A stretch of DNA of 64,000 nucleotides from an uncultured Bdellovibrionales bacterium (GCA_964406815.1 CAYOTC010000003.1:7259-71258), one strand, 5' to 3'; positions 39,810-48,925 are shown, numbered from the stretch's first letter. Numbers and translations: made by a program. The notes: generated by a model not told the origin, from the sequence alone.

Positions 39810-41342
39810 ATGGAAGTGAGTTTAACGATTCTTGGAGTCGTAATTTTATCTTTGGCAGTGGGTTCATTTTTAGGTTACTATACAAGACAGACAATCGCTA
39901 AGAAACAACTACATACCGCCGAAGGACGGGCTACTAAACTTATTGAAGAATCTGAGAAAAAATCTCAGGAGCTTGTGCTTGAGGCAAAAAACAAGGCTTT
40001 AAACATACTTGAAGAAGCTAAGAAAAAGGAGCAAGAAAGGGAAAATCAACTGATGCGTTTTGAGGAGAGATTGGAAAAAAGAGATGCGACTATTGACACT
40101 AAGATGGCTGAGATTGAAAAGGGCAAAGTGGCATTGGAAAAGAAAGCGGAAGAAATCAGAATGATCAGAAAAGAAGTGGATGAAACCAGAAAGCAGGAAC
40201 TTAAGAGGTTGGAAAAAATCGCTGAACTTTCCAAGGAATCAGCCAAAAAAATCCTTCTTCAACTTACTGAAGAGGAAAATCGGGAAATGATTGTCAAAAA
40301 AATTAAGCAATTGGAAGTTAGTGGACGAGAAGAACTTGAAAAGAAAGCTCGGGACATTATGACTCAAGCGATTCAAAAATATGCGGGATCGCACGCAGCA
40401 GATGTGACAACCAGCACAGTGAGCATTCCTTCTGATGAAGTTAAGGGAAGGATTATCGGAAGAGAAGGGCGCAATATTAAAGCACTGGAAAGACTTACCG
40501 GAATTGAAATTATCGTAGATGATACGCCGGAAGCGATTGTTATTTCCGGATTTGATCCGGTCCGAAGGGAAACTGCCAGAATTGCGATTGAACGACTCAT
40601 AAGCGATGGACGCATACATCCGACCAAAATTGAAGAAGCGGTTGAATTTGCTAAGAATGAAATTAATAATAAGATTCGCGAAGCTGGAGAAGCGGCTGCC
40701 TATGATGTAGGAGTAGCCGGACTTGATCCGAAACTCGTTCATATTCTCGGACGTCTGCGTTATAGAACCAGTTACGGTCAAAATGCGCTGCTGCACTCTC
40801 TTGAGGTGGCACATCTTTCCGGAGCGTTGGCAGCAGAACTCGGATGCGATGTTACTTTGGCTAAGAAAGCCGGGCTCCTTCACGATATCGGGAAAGCTAT
40901 TGATCATGAAGTACAAGGAACTCATGTGGAAATCGGAATAAAGATTTTGGAAAAATTCCATGTTGATAAAGAAATAATTGAAGTGATGAAATGTCATCAT
41001 GAAGATTACCCATTTTCTTCTCCGGAATCGATGATTGTTTCAGCGGCTGACGCGATTTCTGCCAGTCGTCCGGGAGCCAGAAAAGATACTTTAGAAAATT
41101 ATCTCAAACGTCTGGAAGAACTTGAAGCGGTGGTTAATTCTTTTGAAGAGGTGGAAAAAACTTATGCGATCCAAGCGGGAAGGGAAATTAGAGTATTTGT
41201 AAAACCCGATAAAGTTGATGATCTTGGCGCTATCAAACTTTCTAAAGCTATCGTAGAAAAAATTGAAAAAGAATTGAAATATCCAGGGGAAATAAAGATA
41301 AATGTTATTCGGGAAACCAGAGTGGTGGATTATGCAAGATAA
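39810..41342 (+). CDS. rny: Ribonuclease Y
   Basis: N-terminal TM, coiled coil, KGRIIGREGRNI (KH), LLHDIGK (HD), AIQAGREIRV. Confidence 0.97.
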   Translation: MEVSLTILGVVILSLAVGSFLGYYTRQTIAKKQLHTAEGRATKLIEESEKKSQELVLEAKNKALNILEEAKKKEQERENQLMRFEERLEKRDATIDTKMAEIEKGKVALEKKAEEIRMIRKEVDETRKQELKRLEKIAELSKESAKKILLQLTEEENREMIVKKIKQLEVSGREELEKKARDIMTQAIQKYAGSHAADVTTSTVSIPSDEVKGRIIGREGRNIKALERLTGIEIIVDDTPEAIVISGFDPVRRETARIAIERLISDGRIHPTKIEEAVEFAKNEINNKIREAGEAAAYDVGVAGLDPKLVHILGRLRYRTSYGQNALLHSLEVAHLSGALAAELGCDVTLAKKAGLLHDIGKAIDHEVQGTHVEIGIKILEKFHVDKEIIEVMKCHHEDYPFSSPESMIVSAADAISASRPGARKDTLENYLKRLEELEAVVNSFEEVEKTYAIQAGREIRVFVKPDKVDDLGAIKLSKAIVEKIEKELKYPGEIKINVIRETRVVDYAR

Positions 41343-41559
41343 TAGATTAAGTTCATAAAGTTTATAAAGTTTGTAAAGAATAGATAAAATCCAGTAGTTA
41401 TAAGCCTAAAAAGCTAATCAGCTAACAAGCTAAAAATTTGCTTGGTAACTGTGCATAAAATCGATTTGCTTTATTTGAGGCAAAAGATGTAGAATATATA
41501 AGTAAGCTATTCAAGTTTTAGAAAATTAGTAAAATATTTATTTGAAAGGAGGTGGCACT

Positions 41560-41844
41560 ATGGCAAACAATATAAACAAGGATGCTTTGGTAACAGCAAT
41601 CAGCGGAAAAACTGAGCTTTCCAAGAAAGATATTGAGCTCGTTATTGACACTATGACTGAAGAGATTACAAAATCTCTCCAAGCTGGTGACAAAGTTACT
41701 TTGACAGGTTTTGGAACTTTTAGAATTTCTGATCGCGCAGCTCGCGAGGGAATCAATCCTCAGACCAAAGAGAAAATCCAGATTCCTGCTATGAAAGTTC
41801 CTAAGTTTACTGCCGGAAAAGCATTGAAAGAAGCCGTGAAATAA
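41560..41844 (+). CDS. hup: DNA-binding protein HU
   Basis: GFGTF, RAAREGINPQT, PKFTAGKALKEAVK; SD AAAGGAGGT. Confidence 0.97.
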   Translation: MANNINKDALVTAISGKTELSKKDIELVIDTMTEEITKSLQAGDKVTLTGFGTFRISDRAAREGINPQTKEKIQIPAMKVPKFTAGKALKEAVK

Positions 41845-42010
41845 TTACAATATCGAACTTGTTTTCTTTTTTAAGATAACAAGCAAGAAGATAGCGGTGA
41901 AATCCCTGGAAACAGGGATTTTGCTTTAGGGGGATAAAATATTGTTTTATTGACGGATGGGATTTTTCTCGTTATGATGGACTAGTTAATTGTTGCAAGA
42001 AAATTATAAA

Positions 42011-42081
42011 CGGAGCGTGGTGTAGTGGTAGCACGAGTGGTTTGGGACCATTTAGCCCGAGTTCGACTCTCGGCGCTCCGA
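42011..42081 (+). tRNA. tRNA-Pro(TGG)
   Basis: cggagcg/cgctccg acceptor, agtgg-ttTGGga-ccatt. Confidence 0.95.
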
Positions 42082-42272
42082 CAGGAATAGTATTTAGTAT
42101 TTCGTATTTAGTATTTTGTATATTGTATCCGGCTAAGAACGGATTCTTGATTTTTTCTAATGATTGCGATATTCTAGATAAGGATTAAAGTTGAAAATTT
42201 AATAGAAGTTCGCCTTTGCGGACTACTAAGCGGGATTGCCTCGCCGTAGTCACGCTAGAGGCGTGAATAGAA

Positions 42273-42344
42273 GCGGGTGTCGTATAGTGGCTATTATATC
42301 AGCCTTCCAAGCTGAGGAGGGGGGTTCGATTCCCCCTACCCGCT
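42273..42344 (+). tRNA. tRNA-Gly(TCC), integration target
   Basis: gcgggtg/tacccgc acceptor, tcagc-ctTCCaa-gctga, GTTCGAT. Confidence 0.95.
42328..42344 (+). repeat. attL core (3' end of tRNA-Gly)
   Basis: gattccccctacccgct. Confidence 0.9.
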
Positions 42345-43949
42345 CAACATAGTAGAAACAGCTTCCAAATGAGCTGTTTTTGCTTTTTCAGAAGCAAATT
42401 CTGCTGGTTCTAACGCGCCAAATTCAACCTTGATCAAATTCACACCGTTTTGGATTAGTTCATATTGTTTTTGCAGTTGAATGCTCAATTTTTGGTCTTT
42501 AAGAACAAAGTTAGAACCTAATGCTCTCAAAATTGCTGACTTATCTTCATAAGTTCCCTCCGAAAACCAATACTTGCTGTAAGTTGCAAACTTAAATGTT
42601 TTTTCTGTTAGATCTATCCATTCGTTTATTCTTTCGTCTAAATTTTTAAGTTCTCGCTGAATCCCGGACTTTTCTTTAAGCAGAACAGATTTCTGTTCCC
42701 TAAATTCTTCGTCGGATAGCAATTCTCTGTTGGCATTATCAGAAGATATGTAAAGCTTGATAAGATTATCTATCCTTTTTGTGCAGTCAATAAACGCTTT
42801 CTGCTGATTTTTAATCAAAAGCTCTCTATTGACACTCTCTTTTTCATTTTCCCTGTTCAAAATTTCAATGGCAAGGTTGAAATAACTTTCTGGTATGGAA
42901 ATACTATCTATAATTTGGAATGCTTGGCTTTCCAGCTCTGAATAGTTTATGGGTTTTTGGTTACAGGTTATTCCGGCTTTTCTTTTTGTGCAACGGTGAT
43001 AGATGTATGAATGTATCTTTCCCTCCGATTTTACATACTTGGTCTTTTCGTCCGCAGTTATTGCACAACCGCATTCTCCACAAAATATCAATCCAGTTAA
43101 AGGAAGTTTCTTATGCTTCGCGCGCGGCTTTCCTTTTCTTCCCAATATTTTCTGAACCTGATCATATTCTTCTGGTGTAATCATTATTTTATGTTGTCCC
43201 TGATAAACTTTTCCGGCGTATTCAAATTCCCCATAGTAAAAAGTGTTTGTGAAAATCCGGTAGATGTGCGACAAGCTCAATCTCGTTTGCCTTTTGTAAT
43301 AGCTGGTGCGAAGTCCCCATTGGTCATTAACTATTTCAGCTATTTGAGGAACTGTATAGTTTCCAGTAAGCATTAGTTCCCACATTTTTCTTACTAAATT
43401 AAATTTTTTCTCATCAACTAAAATTTCCTTGCTTCCCTTATCTTGATACCTGTCATTTAAATATCCTATCGGAGCAAGTCCCGGACGCCAACCCTTTTCT
43501 GCTTTTGATACAAGCCCTCTTTTTACATCTTTGGATAAATCAAGGACAAACTGGTTTGCCATTCCCAATTCAACACTCATCATCATCACATTATCTCCCG
43601 TCCTATATTCGCGTGAGGGCGTCTGAATTGAGCGTAGGGAGCTTTCTTGCAATAACCACTGTATTTCACCCCCATCAATCGGATTTCGGGAAAGGCGGTT
43701 GATTTTCCAACAAAGTATTCCATTTGCTCCGCCTCTTTTAATTTCCTCCAACATCTTATTAAATTCAATTCTGCCGGGAGCTTTGGCTGATTTATTTTCC
43801 TCATAAAAACCAACTACTTCCAAATTAAGCAGTTTGGCGTATTTTTCCAGCTCTTTGCGCTGATCTTCAATGGATTGAATCTGCCGATCTTCTGAATCGG
43901 TAGATTTTCTTAAATACATAAGATATTTAATTTTTTCTGAATTCTCCAT
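42336..43949 (-). CDS. Large serine recombinase (integrase)
   Basis: YLRKST catalytic Ser, RLSRN, recombinase domain (APIGY, NTFYYG, H..ITPEEY), Zn-ribbon CGECG..YHRC, coiled coil. Confidence 0.95.
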   Translation of the reverse strand: MENSEKIKYLMYLRKSTDSEDRQIQSIEDQRKELEKYAKLLNLEVVGFYEENKSAKAPGRIEFNKMLEEIKRGGANGILCWKINRLSRNPIDGGEIQWLLQESSLRSIQTPSREYRTGDNVMMMSVELGMANQFVLDLSKDVKRGLVSKAEKGWRPGLAPIGYLNDRYQDKGSKEILVDEKKFNLVRKMWELMLTGNYTVPQIAEIVNDQWGLRTSYYKRQTRLSLSHIYRIFTNTFYYGEFEYAGKVYQGQHKIMITPEEYDQVQKILGRKGKPRAKHKKLPLTGLIFCGECGCAITADEKTKYVKSEGKIHSYIYHRCTKRKAGITCNQKPINYSELESQAFQIIDSISIPESYFNLAIEILNRENEKESVNRELLIKNQQKAFIDCTKRIDNLIKLYISSDNANRELLSDEEFREQKSVLLKEKSGIQRELKNLDERINEWIDLTEKTFKFATYSKYWFSEGTYEDKSAILRALGSNFVLKDQKLSIQLQKQYELIQNGVNLIKVEFGALEPAEFASEKAKTAHLEAVSTMLSG

Positions 43950-43969
43950 AGATATTTAATTTAAGAATA

Positions 43970-44075
43970 CTAAAAGGACGGACTGGTTGACCCAACTTAC
44001 CACGAATGATTTGTCGGCAGTCCGCCCTTTTAGGACGACAAAAAACAAAAATTCGTGGAATTTGATTGGGTCAAC
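43970..44075 (-). ncRNA. Candidate structured 5' leader RNA of the integrase
   Basis: Nested stems of 10, 8 and 7 bp plus 16-bp loop-to-3' complementarity; starts at predicted +1. Confidence 0.7.
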
Positions 44076-44081
44076 ACTTAA

Positions 44082-44110
44082 ATTATAGTGTAAATGTTAA
44101 CATTTGTCTA
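44082..44110 (-). promoter_or_regulatory. Integrase promoter
   Basis: TAGACA-17-TATAAT on the minus strand. Confidence 0.75.
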
Positions 44111-44210
44111 CATTTTCTGATATTTTAAACCGTAACAATATTATTTTGTAAATGCTATCATTTGCTATCATATTCAGATATTTTGATATGTATAATACCA
44201 TCATTTACCA

Positions 44211-44459
44211 CTATTCTCTGATATTTTCTATGCGTAGCGCGTATTCTCGTAAACTATCATCTAACAATATCAGTCCTTGATTTTCCACCAAAATTGCCAA
44301 TTCAGTCCAGTTCATACCATATGATATTTTTCTTGCATAGCTATCGCTAAAACCAGCTTTCAATGCAGATCTGTAATAATTATGGCAAGTTTCACTTTCC
44401 GGAGAAAAATAATAGCGCGCAAATTCCAGTTTTCTTTCTGATAGTTTATATCTATTCAC
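44211..44459 (-). CDS. Terminase small subunit-like HTH protein
   Basis: LSERKLEFARYY..N..SALKAGFSDSYA resembles the TerS N-terminal motif; GTG start. Confidence 0.6.
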   Translation of the reverse strand: MNRYKLSERKLEFARYYFSPESETCHNYYRSALKAGFSDSYARKISYGMNWTELAILVENQGLILLDDSLREYALRIENIRE

Positions 44460-44576
44460 AAAATATAAATAATTTATTTACCCTTATTTAGAGGAATAAT
44501 ATAGATTATAGTTATTACTACAGTATTTATCTAAAGTAATGAGGTGCAATTTGTATTACTATAGTATTCAACTTAT

Positions 44577-44891
44577 TTAATGTTCTTTAACTATCGGCAT
44601 ACTTGCGTAATCATACTGCCTTAATACTTCGTCAGAAATCTTTTTCCAAAGCGTTTTTTCAACAAGTAAATATTTAAAAGGCGGAAATCTTCTTTGTGGC
44701 ACTTGAACATTTAACCCACCATATTGGCTTTTCCAAACTGTAAAACCAGTGATTGTAAAATATTGTCCGGTAATCCCTCTGAAAGAAACCGTAGCATTGG
44801 CAAGCAAATTAGGGTGTCTTTTGGAATTTTTGTCTGAAAATGGCTTGACCTTACAAACAAACTCATTAAGATCAATTTGTGTGTTTTGCAT
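44577..44891 (-). CDS. SpoVG-like nucleic-acid-binding protein
   Basis: LLANATVSF..FTITGFTVWKSQYGGLNVQVP..KKISDEVLRQY. Confidence 0.6.
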   Translation of the reverse strand: MQNTQIDLNEFVCKVKPFSDKNSKRHPNLLANATVSFRGITGQYFTITGFTVWKSQYGGLNVQVPQRRFPPFKYLLVEKTLWKKISDEVLRQYDYASMPIVKEH

Positions 44892-44917
44892 ACTAATTTA
44901 AATTTTAATAATTATTT

Positions 44918-45202
44918 TTAGTTTATTTCTCCCCGCCTCGTTTTTGATAAGGCGTTTAGCCACTTTAAATTGCTTTGTGGCACAAAAATCAGGATAGCAT
45001 CTGGCATAACAGTGCCTCCGGATACAAATTCTCGCTCGTTAATCTTTGCTGGCTTGGGTTCTCTCATAAATCGGCACTTGTCTTGATTCCTACCACTTCT
45101 CAAATGGAGTTCAGGGTCTAATGGACAAAAGTTTTGGGAGCAACTCTTAAAATGCGGACATTTCCCCATATTATCTGTAAATGATTGGCATTGTTTTTTC
45201 AT
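44918..45202 (-). CDS. Cys-rich hypothetical protein
   Basis: CPHFKSCSQNFCPLDP; overlaps upstream gene. Confidence 0.65.
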   Translation of the reverse strand: MKKQCQSFTDNMGKCPHFKSCSQNFCPLDPELHLRSGRNQDKCRFMREPKPAKINEREFVSGGTVMPDAILIFVPQSNLKWLNALSKTRRGEIN

Positions 45203-45449
45203 AGGATTTTAATCTTAATTTATTAGAAAACGCTTCATAATTTGTTTTTTTGATTGGCTTATAAACCCTTTTTAATAGCCCCACCAAATTTCTGATGCAT
45301 TCAAAAGATTCTTCGGAAGAAATAGCTTGTCCGGTTTCAATTTTATATAGTTTTTGGAATTTTTTTGCGTCAGATTCAGTGATCATTTTTTTAGTTATAA
45401 ATTCTTCCTTTTGTTTCTTTTTGGATTGAGATAAACTTTTTTGGTTCAA
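45171..45449 (-). CDS. Small hypothetical protein of mobile element
   Basis: KFQKLYK..G..IS.EE..LV.LL..VYKPI; true start probably the internal MITES. Confidence 0.65.
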   Translation of the reverse strand: MNQKSLSQSKKKQKEEFITKKMITESDAKKFQKLYKIETGQAISSEESFECIRNLVGLLKRVYKPIKKTNYEAFSNKLRLKSYEKTMPIIYR

Positions 45450-45624
45450 CCAATAGTTTATTTTGATAAAAATTTTCTAAAATTTTCTCAGTATCCTCTT
45501 GTTTTTCCAAATGGAAAATGCACCGATTAGCATTACTTTTATCAACTTTGATTAGCTGGTGATTGAGATATTGCAAAACTACGCAGATATTTAGATCGGA
45601 AGTTTGAAAAAATTTTCTAATCAT
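45391..45624 (-). CDS. DUF5659-like small protein
   Basis: FQTSDLN..L..VDKSN.NRCIF..LLVEPKKF..K.RIY. Confidence 0.65.
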   Translation of the reverse strand: MIRKFFQTSDLNICVVLQYLNHQLIKVDKSNANRCIFHLEKQEDTEKILENFYQNKLLVEPKKFISIQKETKGRIYN

Positions 45625-45697
45625 AATTTTTGTAACTAAAAAAGCATACTTTCAGTATGCTCTTTTTAATGGTTCTGTCGTTTTTATCTACCTATTT

Positions 45698-46462
45698 CTA
45701 CCTATTCCCATTTTTAAAGTTTCCTAATTCATTTTTTAATTTTGTTATGTCTATCGGATCAATAACCGTTACTTGCTTGATCAATCTAATTTTCTGTTTG
45801 GCGACATTGAATAGATACTTCCTCAAAGCTCCTTTTATTTTTATATCATTCAAAAAATTATTGAAGGGCTTTATTTCCCTTTTTAATTCTTCCTTTAATT
45901 CGCTTTTTAAAAACACTTTTCCATCATTTTCAAATAAAAAGGCGATAATTGAATCATTTGAAGATTCAAAATCTGGTCTTGCAATTAAAATATTATTTAT
46001 TTTTATTTCCCTTGTTTTTTCATTATAGTCCAATCTTAAATCAAATATGGGAGAATTATTTACCTGAAAGTTTTTTAGAAATTCTGCAATTTTTTTTGGA
46101 TAAAATTTGCATTTGGCTCTCAAAAGAATATAATTAACATCTTTAAGATGAGCTTCATTGATCTGTTGCAAATAATCTATTGGATCAAAATACCTTTCTT
46201 CCACCAGTTGGGAATCGTCCGGTTCATATTTTTCAAGTTTATAGCTTACAATAACGTTCTTTCCTTTTAAATATTTGAGTTCATTTTCCTTATCCCACGC
46301 ATAATCAAAATTATCATAATCGCCCAGTATAACATTACCTGTTTGTATGTTTTTGCCAATTCTCTTATTTTTTATCCCTTTTTCTAATTGATCAATAATT
46401 TGTTTTAGAATTACAGGATTTGGCTCGGTGGTTTTTTCTGTTTTCTTGTTTACGTTTGCCAT
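45698..46462 (-). CDS. Hypothetical protein, possible C-terminal winged-helix regulator
   Basis: 254-aa ORF; IIAFLFENDGKVFLKSELKEEL; divergent from cargo. Confidence 0.6.
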   Translation of the reverse strand: MANVNKKTEKTTEPNPVILKQIIDQLEKGIKNKRIGKNIQTGNVILGDYDNFDYAWDKENELKYLKGKNVIVSYKLEKYEPDDSQLVEERYFDPIDYLQQINEAHLKDVNYILLRAKCKFYPKKIAEFLKNFQVNNSPIFDLRLDYNEKTREIKINNILIARPDFESSNDSIIAFLFENDGKVFLKSELKEELKREIKPFNNFLNDIKIKGALRKYLFNVAKQKIRLIKQVTVIDPIDITKLKNELGNFKNGNR

Positions 46463-46523
46463 TTTAATGTCATTTTAATTTCTTTTATTTTAACCCTGAT
46501 TTTGCCCAATATCAAGCAAAAAG

Positions 46524-46552
46524 TTGTTTTTTTGTCTATCTTGTATTAAAGT
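46524..46552 (+). promoter_or_regulatory. Putative cargo promoter
   Basis: TTGTTT-17-TAAAGT, placing +1 near 46559. Confidence 0.45.
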
Positions 46553-46558
46553 ATAGAT

Positions 46559-46733
46559 GTCTATACATTCACATAAGTTCAGAAGTGGAAACACTATTTT
46601 AGTGTTATTGATCGTGATTTTAAGCGGGCGACTCCGACGACACGATCAGACCACTTCGGTGATTTTGTGAGTGTATAGACCGTCGGGTCGTCCACTCAAA
46701 AGAACTTCCTGACGGCTTAACTATTAAGTCGTT
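46559..46733 (+). ncRNA. Candidate structured 5' leader RNA of the cargo operon
   Basis: 15-bp basal helix, three-way junction, 13-bp loop-to-3' complementarity, 10-bp hairpin ending 3 nt before ATG. Confidence 0.75.
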
Positions 46734-46736
46734 TTT

Positions 46737-47978
46737 ATGTTCAAGAAAATAGTAATTATCCCATTATTTTTACTTCTTCCCCTATTCTCCTACGCCTCTG
46801 ATAATAGACTTTTGGATCAATATGATGAATGGAAAGCGGAGCAAGACGAAAAGACATCAGTAAACCAAGCCGACGAAACCAAACAAGAAAACGGACAACC
46901 CACATTGTATAGAAATGATGATTATAAATTCAGAATAAATTTTCCTGCCGGTTGGGAGTTAAAAGATGGCGATGGCAAACACGTTGTCAAAAAAGCTGTC
47001 AAAGATGGTTGCACTGTCCTTGTTTTGGTTAAAGATTCACAAGAAGAAAAAAACACATTATCCACAAACGAAAGAGCTGAATTAAATTCTTTTGAGTTTA
47101 GCGATTTTTCCGATGAAGAAGCGGATGAGCTCATAAACGAAATGATCAAAGAAAATGAAACTGCTTTCCCTGGTAGTAAAACGATTGAAAAAGGAATTAG
47201 ATATTTGGATAACCGCAAGGCGGGTTATTATAAAGTTTCCACTCCCTATAAAGTAGCTAATATTGAAGCAAAAGCTATTGCTATCAATTATTTGACGATT
47301 CATAAGGGCAGATTTTATCAAATTATTGGATCATACCCGATAGAGCCAGTAACCGAACAAAATAAAGAGCCAGTTATAAATGCTTCTTTAATGACTTTTG
47401 TTTTTGAAGATTGGAACAATCAAGATAATGTTAATTCTATTTCTGAAAATTCAAACAATCCAGTTAAAGAGGCTCTTTTAGATTCTTATGGTGAAAATCT
47501 TAATAACTTTGGATTATTTTTGGCTGTAATTTTAAGCATCTTATTTACTTGGGGGTTTGGTCTTTTAATTCCAGTATTGATTCGCTTTGTTTTTTTGAAA
47601 AGACCTCTTTCAGGGGGGTTATCTTTTTTGATTGTTTTTATCACTTATTTAATCCAGTTTTCAATTCCATATCTTATAGGTGATATAAAAAGTGAGGATA
47701 GACCTCGCATTGCACTAATTCTCGTTGCTTTTGTTGCTTATAAGATATTAAGAAAAAAAGTATCTAATAAAATAAACAATGAAGAAAGCGATATTAGCAA
47801 AGAAGAAATAATTAAATATTGTAAAGAATGTGGCAATAAGATCAATGCTTCATCTACAATTTGCGATAAATGTCATATCCAAAAATCCAAAAAAAGACGG
47901 AAAGAATTATTATTAGCGTTTTTAGCTATTGTCTTGATTACAATGTTAATACTATTTGTAGCCATATTGTTTAGTTAA
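46737..47978 (+). CDS. Membrane protein: PsbP-like extracellular domain, TM bundle, Zn-ribbon
   Basis: YRNDDYKFRINFPAGW, TM segments, YCKECG..CDKC. Confidence 0.7.
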   Translation: MFKKIVIIPLFLLLPLFSYASDNRLLDQYDEWKAEQDEKTSVNQADETKQENGQPTLYRNDDYKFRINFPAGWELKDGDGKHVVKKAVKDGCTVLVLVKDSQEEKNTLSTNERAELNSFEFSDFSDEEADELINEMIKENETAFPGSKTIEKGIRYLDNRKAGYYKVSTPYKVANIEAKAIAINYLTIHKGRFYQIIGSYPIEPVTEQNKEPVINASLMTFVFEDWNNQDNVNSISENSNNPVKEALLDSYGENLNNFGLFLAVILSILFTWGFGLLIPVLIRFVFLKRPLSGGLSFLIVFITYLIQFSIPYLIGDIKSEDRPRIALILVAFVAYKILRKKVSNKINNEESDISKEEIIKYCKECGNKINASSTICDKCHIQKSKKRRKELLLAFLAIVLITMLILFVAILFS

Positions 47979-48000
47979 AAATTTCAATAAGAATAAAAAT

Positions 48001-48297
48001 ATGATTTGTAAAAAATGCCAAAAAGAAATAGATGATGATAGCAAATTCTGCGAATTTTGTGGAAATAAATTGGTAGAAAACACCAAGGATATAGCGCACA
48101 GAATTATAAAAACCGAACATAAGGAAGATAAGCTTCGTTTTTATACGAAAAATACAATTTTAATTTTTTCCGTCCTGATGGTAACCAGTTTTTTCCTTGA
48201 GAATTATTTTGGCGATAATGGTCTTATTTTGTCTATTCCAGCAACAATTTTAATAATTTTTATTTATAACAAGATTGCTAAAAAATTTAATTTATGA
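48001..48297 (+). CDS. Zinc-ribbon two-TM protein
   Basis: MICKKCQKEIDDDSKFCEFCG followed by two TMs. Confidence 0.8.
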   Translation: MICKKCQKEIDDDSKFCEFCGNKLVENTKDIAHRIIKTEHKEDKLRFYTKNTILIFSVLMVTSFFLENYFGDNGLILSIPATILIIFIYNKIAKKFNL

Positions 48298-48854
48298 AAA
48301 TGATAAAAAACTTTTTTCAAAATAACAGAACTGCTCTGCTTGCAATAGTTATAACAGTAGTAGCAACTTCGGCAGTCGCATACGGTTTTTTTGTGATAAA
48401 AAACGAAAGGAAAAGTGCCAATCAGAGAGTTGAAGCCTTGCAAAAATCAGTGGAAGAATTACAAGCCAAAAATGAGACAAATCAAGAAATAAGCGAAGAG
48501 CCAGAAAAGGATATTCCTGTTGAAGAAACTTCTGTTCAACAATCCCCGATAGTCAAAAAGAGCGCGGTGGTTGCTCCAATAAAAACCGAGGAGGCGGAAG
48601 AAAAGCTAGTATCCTGTGTAGCTTTTAACGGTGATACCCTTAAGGTTAGCAAGGATGAATGTGATGAAATAAAGCAGAAGAATGTTATAGCTCAAAAAGC
48701 GTTGGATAAATATGAAGAATGTATTTCAAGCGCAGAAGAAGAATTTCAAGAAAATTTAAAAAGTGGTTACAGCTCGTCTTATCCGGAAGAATACAATAGG
48801 AGTGTTAATGAATGCGCAGAAGAAAGAAATGCGAAATTAGAAAAACTTTTGTAG
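48294..48854 (+). CDS. Membrane-anchored coiled-coil hypothetical protein
   Basis: N-terminal TM, coiled coil, four Cys. Confidence 0.7.
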   Translation: MKMIKNFFQNNRTALLAIVITVVATSAVAYGFFVIKNERKSANQRVEALQKSVEELQAKNETNQEISEEPEKDIPVEETSVQQSPIVKKSAVVAPIKTEEAEEKLVSCVAFNGDTLKVSKDECDEIKQKNVIAQKALDKYEECISSAEEEFQENLKSGYSSSYPEEYNRSVNECAEERNAKLEKLL

Positions 48855-48925
48855 TTTCAGTTTTCTTGATTTCTGGCACATATTGGTGATACCATTAAAT
48901 ATCATACGCCTAAAAGCACACTCAT

